DNA of 62,981 bases, the filler included, from Olpidium bornovanus S191 (taxonomy: Eukaryota; Fungi; Olpidiomycota): assembly GCA_017911155.1 (NCBI GenBank). It is 24 parts of 24 records of this genome, joined end to end, with 100 filler letters (N's around TTAATTAATTAA, not from the genome) between each part and the next. Parts side by side here need not be neighbours in the genome. Positions count along the whole stretch, not along the records: positions 1 to 5,309 come from JAEFCI010006653.1; positions 5,410 to 9,475 come from JAEFCI010003670.1; 22 more parts are not named here. One strand, given 5' to 3'. Below, in pieces: positions 1-9,475 of this stretch. Each line of letters starts with the position of its first letter. Positions within the stretch are counted from its first letter, which is position 1. Made by a program: the position numbers and the translations under genes. The notes beneath the pieces were generated by a model. It saw only the letters and a list, made by a program, of their open reading frames with translations, ran no database searches and was not told where the DNA came from.

Positions 1-28
1 CAATCGAAGAGCTTTTCCCCTTTCCCCC

Positions 29-63
<35 letters not shown>

Positions 64-126
64 GTGTACCCCGTACCTTTGCCCGTACCTCACATAACGC
101 GTAAAACAAGAACCTTCCACAGTACA
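1..126 (+). mobile_element. 3' part of the 5' LTR of a Ty3/gypsy element
   Basis: Ends in ...CAGTACA, directly followed by a TGG-starting PBS, a leader and a Ty3-type gag. The start of the LTR lies outside the window. Confidence 0.55.
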
Positions 127-137
127 TGGTAGCAACG
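127..137 (+). promoter_or_regulatory. Primer-binding site for initiator tRNA-Met
   Basis: TGGTAGCAACG is the reverse complement of CGTTGCTACCA, which fits a eukaryotic tRNAi 3' end (U72, A73, CCA). Confidence 0.65.
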
Positions 138-908
138 CGCTAGCAGGGCCGCCGCCGCCGTCCGCTGACTGCGGAAGACCCACCTTACCTTCCGCTGATC
201 GCGGAAGAAAAAGGCCGCCGCCGCCGCCGCCGTCGCCGCTCACCGGCCGCTCACTGCCGCCGTCACCGGCCGCTCCTCGCCCCCGGCCGCTAACCGTCGC
301 CATCGGCCATCCGCTGACCGCGGAAGACCCACCTTCCGCTGACCGCGGAAGAAAAAGGCCGCCGCAGCCGCCGCTCACCGGCCGCTCGCCGTCGCCGCCG
401 CTCACTGGCCACTCACCGCCGCCGCCGCCATCCGCCGGTCGACGCTGACCCCCCTCGCTGACCGCGGGAAGGAGGACCGTCGCAGCCGCTTTCCGGCCGC
501 CGCTGCGCTTTTGACGCCGCCGCTTTCCGGTAGCCGGTGCACCATCGCATCCGCTTTCTGGCTGCCGCTGCGCTTTTGACGCCGCCGCTTTCCGTAGCCG
601 CTGCACCATCGCAGCCGCTTTCCGCCGCCGCTCACCGGCCGCCGCCGCCGCCGCCGCCATCCGCTGACCACGGAAGACCCATCTTCCGCCGCCACCGCCG
701 CCATCCGCCGCCGCCGCCGACCGCGGAAAGGACCTTTCGCTGACCGCGGAAGTAGACAGTCGTCAACAAGGGAACCAGACCAGAAGAACCATCTCCGCTC
801 GCCGCGGAAGCTCCCCTGCCTGCCGCGGAACCGACGAAACCCCCGCTTACCGCGAAGCCAGCCACCCGTCGGAAACACAGCTGTCGAAGGAACAGCTGAC
901 GGTAGACA
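138..908 (+). repeat. GC-rich, internally repetitive retrotransposon leader
   Basis: Repeated CCGCTGACCGCGGAAG-like units (near 162, 192, 311, 336, 660, 736) and a duplicated CGCTGCGCTTTTGACGCCGCCGCTTTCCG (501, 567). Confidence 0.65.
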
Positions 909-1968
909 ATGCCCCTCCCCGGAGATGACGGCCACCTGATCGGTACACGTGTTCCCCAAACGTTAGCAGACTACCAAGCATATGTTCAACAGCTTCAAGG
1001 ACAGCTGGCCAACCTCCAGAAAGAACGGGAACTGCTTCTAGCCAGAGACTCGGCTCACACTGCACAACAAGCATTACATGATGACCGCCTTGCGGATTCA
1101 GATCGTACCGTAGCCAAGCTGATCCAAGATAAGCTCAAGCCGTTTACTGGCAGGGACCGCCGCCCGCACCACGTCCGCAACTATCTTACGCAGTTCAGGC
1201 AATACTCGTCGTACATGAGGCTCGACACCGCTGCCGAAGTGGTAGCCATGAGCGCCTTACTCGCGGACGATGCTGCAGCGTGGTTTCAAAGCCTTCCTCC
1301 GATTGCCACATATGCTGAATTTGAACAGATCTTCATACACAGATGGGGAGACCCACTCGAAGAAGAGAATGCCCGGAGAGCTCTCGCCAAGCTCGAGCAG
1401 AAAGGATCTGTGAAGCGCTACACAAAAGAATTCCGGCGCCTCATACAAACTGATACCCGACTTGTCTGAGACAAACAAATACTACACATACAAGTGTGGG
1501 CTGAGCGAGACCCTACAGCAGGACCTCCGCGTCATGAAGATCTCGTCCTTTGCTGAAGCCGTTTCCACCGCTGAGGAGCTTGACGAGATTGACAGTCAGT
1601 GTCAATGAGGCAAAGGCGAGATTGATCACCAGCGTCATCAAGGAAAAGACAGATGGCACCCCTCAAAGTTGCACGACGGGCCGACACCCATGGAGATCGG
1701 CGCCGTTAACACCAAGCGACACGTTTCCCTCTGGGAACGAACTCCAAAAGATAATGGGGACAGAAAGACGAAGCCGAAACCCAGGATTACGAAGAAGAAT
1801 TGTGGTGACTTCAAACTGTTTCCGCCCCTGACAGATGCCCTGCGCGCGTTCTTGCTGGAGCATAAAGCATTTCTGTATTGTCGAGAATTGGACGCTGACC
1901 ACATGTCCCGCGAGTGCCCTCGCAAGAAGGAATGTCAAGATGGCCATCGTGCGCTTTCAAAAAACTGA
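909..1968 (+). pseudogene. Ty3/gypsy gag (Retrotrans_gag), disrupted
   Basis: LLADDAAAWF...EFEQIF...ARRALAKLEQKGSVKRYTKEFRRL. After a frameshift near 1449 it reads YKCGLSETLQQDL, GPTPMEIGA and a degenerate knuckle FLYCRELDADHMSRECP. In-frame TGA at 1606. Confidence 0.9.
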
Positions 1969-2115
1969 TAGCAGCACCGACCTCGATCTTGGCGTCTTCC
2001 CACCCCACCGGAACTCTGACTACTGTTACCGCGCTTTTGAACGTCTCTTTGACCGAGTCGCCGCAGGAAACAGGCGAGACAGAATGTCTTGTTGTCAGCC
2101 ACAATGCTATCACAA
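1959..2115 (+). other. -1 frameshift heptamer A AAA AAC and truncated start of pol
   Basis: TCA AAA AAC TGA ends gag with the heptamer in X XXY YYZ phase. The -1 frame stays open to 2120 but stops before any protease motif. Confidence 0.6.
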
Positions 2116-2664
2116 TGTAACAAGTGTATTACTTATCTGCGCTGTGCGCTATCTGGCTCTAGAATCTGGATCTGGATCAGGAATGCTAATGCTTTGTGCT
2201 TCTGGAATTATGCTTTTAATGCTTGTTCTATGTCTAAAGTATGTAAGGCGTATCACTTTATATAGGCGCGGCCTAATGCCTGGGCTAGCGCGGTTGTGCG
2301 GTTTGTGTTCTCGATAGTGCTGCGCGTATGGCCCGAGCGGAGTACCGCATACCGGTGCGCCGTGCCGTACCGGTACGCAATATCCAGTATTGCAGCTCCG
2401 GTACTGGCGTCGGGCTCTGAGATATATTGTAATATCTCGTATTGTGGCGCCGGTACTGGCGGCCAGCTCGGAAATATTCAGTAGGCCGATATTATGGCGC
2501 CTGTGCTGGTGCCAGGCTTCAGAATAATCTTCCATAGCCGCAGCGTGGTGGTAATTCGCCGATAATATGGCGTTGGCACCACCGCCCTGGCCCGCACTAT
2601 ATACACTGTTTTGGTTTTGGTCTAAGTCTTGATCTAGAACATCACGTGACGTCGCGGCTAGACA
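2116..2664 (-). mobile_element. Probable solo LTR (549 bp) of a different family
   Basis: Minus strand starts TGTCTAG and ends TTGTTACA. It contains GTCACGTGAT, CTATATAAAG (about 2253-2262) and ATTAAA. No TSD is visible. Confidence 0.55.
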
Positions 2665-2675
2665 CACCGGGGTGT

Positions 2676-3041
2676 CTAGTGGCCTTGGCGAATCTTGGGT
2701 AACATGATCTGTGCTCGGCTGGCTGCCCCTGAGAGGGGTTTCTTTGGCACAGTTCGAGAGGGGTTTGACGCCACCGTAGCGTGCACGGTGACCGCGCCGT
2801 GACAGTATTCGTCAAGCAAAGGGCGCGCCATATGCCTCCAGAGGTAGCGAGATGGCCTTCGCGCGCATGGCTGGGAGCACGTGGCAGCCTCGGCCTGCTG
2901 GGCAGGGGTGTCATCCATGGCAACAGCGACATCCACCTCGTTCGCGACGAGGAGGTTCCGGGCTTGGACAGCCCGGAGGAGGTAGTTCTCCCCGTCAGCC
3001 GCAAGGGGTTCGAATTCAAGCGAAACCTTCTTGTTGTCCAT
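2676..3041 (-). pseudogene. Truncated N-terminus of a Ty1/copia gag resembling the plant Bianca lineage
   Basis: MDNKKVSLEFEPLAADGENYLLRAVQARNLL...YLWRHMARPLLDEY...QIMLPKIRQ parallels, from memory, plant KLEFxALDISGKNYLSWxLDAEIHL...FLRHHLDEGLKxEY...VILPKARYDW. Confidence 0.7.
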
Positions 3042-3292
3042 GGGCTGCGCGGGGAGGAGGAGGAGGACGAGCTTCTCTTCTCTTCTCGGCGGCCAGCTAC
3101 TTCTCGGCGGAGCAGAGCTAGCTCGTGTAGCTCGTGTGGCGCGAACGAGCGACCGTGGTTGTGCACGCTCGAAGCAGACGCAGCAGCGGTCTTGAAGCGA
3201 ACGGAACGAACGGCAGCGGTCTCGGCGGGCGAGACAGTGGACGCGGGCGGCGCGAACGGGCGATGGTCTCGGCGAGGTGGCGCAACGGCGAA

Positions 3293-3323
<31 letters not shown>

Positions 3324-3621
3324 GGGCGGCGGCGGCGGCGAAGCGGCGGCGGACGCGGCGACGCGAACGGGCAATGATCTCGGCGAGGTGGCGCAACGGC
3401 GAAGGCGTGCGGCGGCGAGCTCGGCAGAGGCGCACACGGCGGAGGTCGCGATGATGGCAAACTCGGCGGAGGCGCACACGGCGGCGGCAGCGCGGTGCAG
3501 CGGCGAAGCGGTGGCGAACGGTGGTGGCGGAGCGCAGCGGCGGCGGCGGCGGCGGCGGTTGGCGCTTCCCGGTGGCGCGCGGGCACAGCGAGCAGGCAGC
3601 GCAGGGAGAAGAGCAACAAAC

Positions 3622-3724
3622 GCAGCGGGAGAGCGGAATGCAGCAGCGGGAGAGCGGAATGCAGCAGCGGGAGAGCGGAATGCAGCAGCGGGAGAGCGGA
3701 GTGCAGCAGCGGGAGAGCGGAATG
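3622..3724. repeat. 21-bp tandem repeat, about 4.9 copies
   Basis: GCAGCGGGAGAGCGGAATGCA units, with one A>G variant, abutting the PBS. Confidence 0.95.
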
Positions 3725-3736
3725 GTGCTGATAACG
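3723..3736 (-). promoter_or_regulatory. Half-tRNA PBS CGTTATCAGCACCA (tRNA-Ile anticodon arm)
   Basis: Directly follows the LTR end ...GCAACA. The plus strand TGGTGCTGATAACG equals the conserved tRNA-Ile(AAU) arm TGGTGCTAATAACG with A34 read as G. Confidence 0.75.
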
Positions 3737-3880
3737 TGTTGCGGAAAAGGGGCTCTCTCTCTCTCTTCCTTTCTTGTTTGCGTTTGACGACAGGAGGAAG
3801 AGCTCCAAGAGGAGCTCCCCTCCCGGTCTTGGCATCTTTGATCACGTGACCGCAGAGCGTTCTCTTTCGGTTTCACAACA
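3737..3880 (-). mobile_element. 5' LTR (144 bp) of the Bianca-like copia
   Basis: TGTTG...CAACA termini, extending as TGTTGCGGAAA / TTTCACAACA. Adjacent to the PBS. Internal GAGCTCC-N4-GGAGCTC hairpin and ATCACGTGAC. Confidence 0.75.
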
Positions 3881-4074
3881 CTTTCTTCCCCTCCCCCCCC
3901 CATCCTCCAAAAAAACCCCCCCGAAAATATCCCCCAAAAAAATCCCAGAAGTGAGATCTCCTCCCCCCCCCCCCCCCCCTCCCCCTCCGGAACAGCCCAG
4001 ACTCTTCCCCCTCCCGGAGCGCGCACTCGAGTTCGGAACGACCCAGAGGAAACCCCGCGTCAAGGCCAGAAGGG

Positions 4075-5309
4075 ATGGGGTGTGACGGGGGGACCGTGCC
4101 GAAGCGGCACGAGCTGGTGCGGGAGAAGGCCAAGGAACATCTGCCCGACGCGAGGCAGGTCCTCCTCGCCAACTGGTACTACTGCGCCCTCTCCAAGGTT
4201 TGCTTTTCCTTTTCCGTTTACTTTTTTTATTTTTTCTTTTCCTTTTCGTTGTTCTCGCGGTTGCCCCCGTCGCTGACCTCGTTTCCCTTCCTTTTTTTCC
4301 TTTTACAATTTTTTTTTTGGCCTCCCACGCAGCTGCCGTTGAGGGAGCCGATTGTCGCCGACGCCGGCGGCAGACTGTACAACAGGGACGCCGTGCTAGA
4401 GTACCTTCTGGACAAGTCGTCGTATGGCGACTGCGACAAGGTCTGCCCTCATATAACCTCGTTGAAGGTACGGAACTGGCTTTTTGCGTTGTCAACTTTG
4501 TTTTTTCTCTTTCTTTTTGCACTGGGCGGCGGGGACGGGTGCCGCGTCCGGTTGCCCGCCAACCAGGAATTCCCTGACAAAGGACGCCCGTCCCGCCCCG
4601 CACATCTCGTCCACAGGACGTCACGACTCTCGACCCGGCGCCGAACCCGGGCTGGACGGAGGAGACCGGCGACCTGACGCACCAGTCACCCGCCGCGCGG
4701 TTCGTTTGTCCGGTGACCTTGAAGGAGATGAATGGTCGACAGCGCTTCGTCTACATCCGGACGTGCGGCTGCGTCTTGTCGCACCAGGCGATCCGCGAGG
4801 TGACTGGCGCGACCGAGTGTCTAAAGTGCAACGGGCCCTTTGACCAGGAGAAGGACGTTGTGCCGATTAATCCTCCAAAGGAGGAAGGGAGGAAGCTCAT
4901 CGAGGCGTTTGAACAGCAGCGCAAGGCTTCTGCGAGAGCGGCGCGGAAGGAGAGGAGGAAGGGAAAGGAGGAGGCTGTGGCCGCCGCAGAAGCCGCGGGC
5001 GGCGGCGCGGTGGGGCCGGTGAAAGAGAAGCGGAAGAGCGACCGCGGCGAGGAAGCCGAGGCCGCCGGCGCCCCCCGGAAAAAAACCGTCTCCTCGAAGC
5101 CGCCGGCGCCGGCGCCGCCCGCGGATCCGCAGGGATCTGCTGCGCTCTCGAAAGCCGCTTCGATCATCCAGGCGTACGAAAAAGAGAAAAAGGCGCTCGG
5201 TATCACGCAGTCCGCCGCGGTGAGGTCGCTGTTCACGTCCAGCACCAGGCCCGAGGACCGAAAGTTGAACGGCAATTTCTTTAACAGAGGAACGATCCGG
5301 CAGATCATG
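4075..5309 (+). CDS. RTF2: Replication termination factor 2, 3 exons (4075-4197, 4333-4467, 4617-5309), cut at contig end
   Basis: MGCDGGTVPKRHELV, WYYCALSK, GRLYNRDAVLEYLL, FVCPVTLKEMNG, CGCVLS, CLKC. GT-AG introns join in frame. Confidence 0.95.
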
Positions 5310-5409
5310 NNNNNNNNNNNNNNNNNNNNNNNNNNNNNNNNNNNNNNNNNNNNTTAATTAATTAANNNNNNNNNNNNNNNNNNNNNNNNNNNNNNNNNNN
5401 NNNNNNNNN
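5310..5409. other. Artificial contig linker, first of 23. The others start at 9476, 11683, 13405, 16496, 17974, 19869, 21104, 23089, 24422, 26855, 31724, 34293, 38356, 44485, 49413, 51535, 52686, 54762, 56011, 57489, 58972 and 61510
   Basis: Each is 44 N + TTAATTAATTAA (stops in all six frames) + 44 N. Confidence 0.99.
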
Positions 5410-6122
5410 GCCGCGGCACGGCGCCGTCCGTCATCGTGCGGCTAGATGTCGCTCGGCCGGTCTCGAGATCGCCGTGGGTCGCTGCGGGTTTCGCCCAGAC
5501 GGGAGAGGGAGGAGGAGTGCGACGGGCATGTTCGCTGGGAAGAACGAAAAAGGCGAGGAGGTCTTCCCTCCCCCGTGTCGCGCCTGGGGGGCGGAGGTTC
5601 TCGGGCTCCCCCGCGGAAAGAGGCCACGTGACCGTCCGTCGGCAACGCGACGCCACAAGCCACCCTCGGGGCTCAGCCACCACGACCTTGCCACGTGCAT
5701 CTTCTGAGTGGGCTTCGGCCAACTCGCCGCTTTCAACGATACGATCACGATCGACCAAGGAGGCGAGCCGAAAAACAGCTCGTGCTCGCGGACACGGTTC
5801 CCTCCCCGAATTATACTATGCTACCGATAGAAGACGGAATTTCTAATGTGGGCCCACTAAAAGCCGCGACATCCAGCGCGGACTCTCAGGCGTCAACGGC
5901 CCATACGGGCAGGCGTAGCGGAGGGAAGCCGATGGCAGACGAGACTGTCTACAATCAGCGGGTACGTCTACGACGCCATCCTGGCCTTTGCCAAAAATGC
6001 CAAAAGAAATGCACGCCCGAACGTGTAGCTGGGCCGGCGTTCGCCTACCGGGGTGATCTCCGAAATCAGCGGTACTCCGCGGCTCTGGCATCGAAGTGGC
6101 ATTTCCCTCCGGCCTTGTCGCA

Positions 6123-7608
6123 TCAGCCGTTGACAAAAGCTTTGAAAAGACTGGGCACCCAGTATAACGCGCTGCCACACTCTGCTTGCTCGTCCACCCA
6201 GCATATCCCCTCGTTAAGCAAGCCGGCCTGGTTTGACCGCCATGCCACGGCCGTTTGGGAATGCGTCGGGCGGATGGCGGCAGCGTCAGAACCGCTAGAA
6301 AATGTCTGCGCTGCCTCTAGATAGCATGGGTTTGAAAACGCCAGACCCACCAGCGCTGTCTGCGCCCTGGCCGGTATCCAGCCCAGCTGGCGTTCCACGT
6401 CGCAAACAGTGACGTGGCCATCCGCCTAGAGAGCGTAAACACTGACCAAGGTTATTCGGCATCGCAAAATGATATCGCCGACGTTGGCCGGTTTCGAAGT
6501 CATCGACGCGCGCCAGTTCACCTGCGCCAGTGTCAATATGCTACTCTGGTCCGTGTTCAGCTCGCGCGGCACCGACTGAACCATTTTCTTTGATCCGATT
6601 TGGTGGATTGCAAAGCCGCTGCCCAGCGGTGAGAGCGTTTTGATCGACCTGATAATGTCATCCCTGCGTCCTCAAAGGCGCGGTTTCAGCCCAACATTTG
6701 GCATTTCATTTTGCAGCTGGCATGTGACTGATGACGCACTCTGAGACGTCCTGCGCGTTCCGCCCACGGAGCTGCTCAACCTTTCTCATGAGCTCGTCCA
6801 TCTGGATGAGACCACCGTTGCGTTCCCGTGTTGCCATGCAGACTTGTATGATCTGAATGCCCAGCTGGTAGTAGAAATCCCCGAATCCCAAAAGCTCAGC
6901 CCAAAAACCTTTGTTCGCTGGTAGGACGACATGCGACCGTCAGTTTGGCAGACGGCGCAAATTGCGCGTTTTGCAGGCTACCACGTGGCGAGCGGGCCCC
7001 CACAAAAAAAATTCTCGAGAACGGAACACAGCACCGCCGAAACCGTATCTGGGTCGTACACGCCAGAGGGTCGACGCCGATGCTCTGACACATTTTCTGG
7101 AAATGCATTCTAAAATGCGGGTCCTTCTTTATGTCTTTCTTGTACTTGTTCGCAAATATCTCTAGGTTCTGCTTGAAGACGGCGAGCTGGTGCCGCATCT
7201 GCGACGCAAAGGGTGTATCGGTCACCGTGTGACGCCAGCTTGGGCCCTTCGGGCCGGACGGGAAGGGGTAAAAGCGCACAACCTCTCACGGTGGTCGCCG
7301 GCTTACCTGCTCGATCTGCTTCGCGGCAAGCGCGTTCCCCACCTCGATCAATTGCTCCTGGTGAGTGCGGAGGTTCGACAAGAGGGGGGAGCTGGTATGA
7401 GCGGGCGGGCGAGCGCCACGGGAGTTTCGTCCGGTTGAAGTCCGGTGGACCTCTCCGCCGCGAGTGTTCTGCGCGAGAATGGATGTGCGCAAACCGCACG
7501 AGAACGCCGTTGCTACCGTGGGCAAGCCCCTTTCTCGCCCCACCGCCGTACGTTTGCCTTCTGCTGGCGTTGGATCCCGGCGATCCCGACATGCTTTCGT
7601 CGGCTCAT
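6123..7608 (-). CDS. SNF8: ESCRT-II subunit Snf8/Vps22/EAP30, about 7 exons
   Basis: [97 protein letters not shown]...YWVPSLF. Splice sites are in frame. Confidence 0.95.
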
Positions 7609-7684
7609 GGTGTCGGCTGCGGTGCCGGTTGCGGGGGCGTCGCACGCCAGAACACCCCAAACGCCGTAGAGCAAGCGCAGGAGA

Positions 7685-7694
7685 GTCACGTGAC
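7685..7694. promoter_or_regulatory. Palindromic E-box GTCACGTGAC in a bidirectional promoter
   Basis: Perfect 10-bp palindrome between divergent ATGs at 7608 and 7802. Function is inferred. Confidence 0.5.
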
Positions 7695-7801
7695 CGACAC
7701 CGCCAAGCCATCGTCACAACAATGCGACCCCAGGGCGGCGGAGCTTTGTGGTTCGCAGCCGCGTTTTCTGCCAAGCGGAGCGGAGCGGGCCGGCGGAAAA
7801 C

Positions 7802-9475
7802 ATGGCCACGGCTGTTCGCCGTGACTACGCCCGAGATGTCTCGGAAGCCTTCCGCTTCCTGGATGGCGGTGGCGATCTTCTTGACAGGCAGGACCTGGTG
7901 CGGGAAGTGCCCTCGCAGCAGCTGACGAGTGCTCTTGCTTTTGCCGTTATCCTCCGTGCGTGACCGTCGCTGGAGCCCGGAGGGTACCCCGTAGTGCGCC
8001 AACTGGCCAGCAAGCTTAATCCGTGTTGCGAATGCCCTTTTTCTGTCTGCTGGCGACGGCCCTCCCGTCCCGTTTGTTCAGAATTATGAGCCCTTTCTGC
8101 CCTTCCTTGTCTCTACCTTCGGGAGGGACGCGGTACCCGCATTTCTGGAACGTTACGAGTCGGTAAGGCCCCATCGGTTTTAGTGGTGGCCGAAGGCAGA
8201 TCTTAATAACCGCGGCGGCATGCATGACTCGTGAAATCGGCGACAACTTTTTTGTAGCTGCAGGACGTTGACAGCTATTTTGCGCTTGACGACCGTGTGC
8301 TTCTATATACGGCACGAACGGAGTTGGCGTGCGCGTCGCAAGCAACTCCTGCAGCACAAGCTGCCGCAGCGGTCAAGGATGATTCTGTGCTGCACGAGTT
8401 CGAAATCGGGGACTGTCTCGCGAAAGCAAAGTACGGAATTCCTTTTGGAGCGACGTGTGGTCCGACGTGACAGAGCCCCAAGGCGCGTGCCATCCATCCG
8501 ACGAATTGACGCGCAAGCCCGTGTTCTTTCCCAAAAGGGCCGTTATCCGCGAATTGGCGAAGCTGATCGCCATTTTTCAACAAACCGAGGCAGAGGCAGA
8601 CGAGAAACAACTTTATGCCCCGTTGCTCACGACGCCATTATTCCGAGACGAGGTCGGCGCGCTGCTTGCAGTCGTCCTCGTCAAAGTTGAGGCGGTGATG
8701 TCGTTTGAGGTGTGAGAATGACTTCCGAAACGCCCCCTAGCAGCTTGGCACCACTGCAACCGGATGACACTGATCGCTGGACGTTGTGTAATTGTAGGAT
8801 GTCATCCTCGCTTTGGCGATGGTTTTTTCACCCGAGCTCGTCATTACCGTGGTTGCCAATCATCCATCTGAATTTATTTCTGTAGGTGTAATCCGTTCGT
8901 GATTTAATTCCCGCTTACACAGCGGTGCTACAGCTTACTTGAAAACTGGGCCCAAATGCGAGCAGGTTATCTCCGTCTTATTTTCCGCGTCAGATCACTC
9001 GGGGGCGCGTCTACACTCCCATATATGGTATGCCCCTTGATCTGACGTATGCTGAAAGCCCCTGAGTAACGAGTTGACCTCACTTTGCTATTTTTGTTTC
9101 TTTAAAGCGACGCCGTGATGTTAATGTGCGAGCTTGCGCCACACCAGGCGGCTGTCGTGCGGGACATGGCGACGGAGTCCCAGCGAATGCCGGAGCTGGC
9201 CATCGCCCTGACAAAGGAATATTGCGAGGACGAGGTATCGGCAGTTACCGTTGAAGACAGCAATCGTAGCATTCCAGATAGGATGCCACACATGTTGTTT
9301 GTTTCGCCATGGTCAATCTTGGATTTCTTGTCACGTTCCCTAACAGCTCGTTTACATGAACTCCGTCCTGTCGGCGGACGCTTCCTGGCTCTGGAAAGCG
9401 CGAGCGGGATTAAGGTCACCTTTGGAAGGGATCAAGACCAAACTTCTTGCAGGGCTGACAGCGCAGATGGTGCGA
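7802..9475 (+). CDS. Unidentified multi-exon gene, partial
   Basis: Protein-like segments with splice sites: MATAVRRDYARDVSEAFRFLD; DVDSYFALDDRVLLYTAR; VFFPKRAVIRELAKLIAIF; ORF 9115-9475. No family recognised. Confidence 0.4.

Noticed and set aside
2658-2677. Helitron 3' end
   Set aside because: CTAG is part of the stem rather than several bases downstream, there is no TC 5' end, and the hairpin coincides with an LTR terminus.
2642-3849. Long Arg/Pro/Ala/Gly-rich ORFs in several frames (also 18406-19128, 20427-21103, 25653-26738, 60067-61147)
   Set aside because: These arise from GC-rich repeats and homopolymers lacking stops. No domain content beyond the parts annotated.
1-5309. Plant contamination as the source of the Bianca-like element
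   Set aside because: The same contig carries an opisthokont-type RTF2 (MGCDGGT.PKRHELV) with introns like those on the other contigs. A chimeric contig is not excluded.
5354-5365. Recurring TTAATTAATTAA and ORFs ending in X runs or LIN
   Set aside because: Artificial linker flanked by exactly 44 N on each side. It is not a biological repeat or a CRISPR array.
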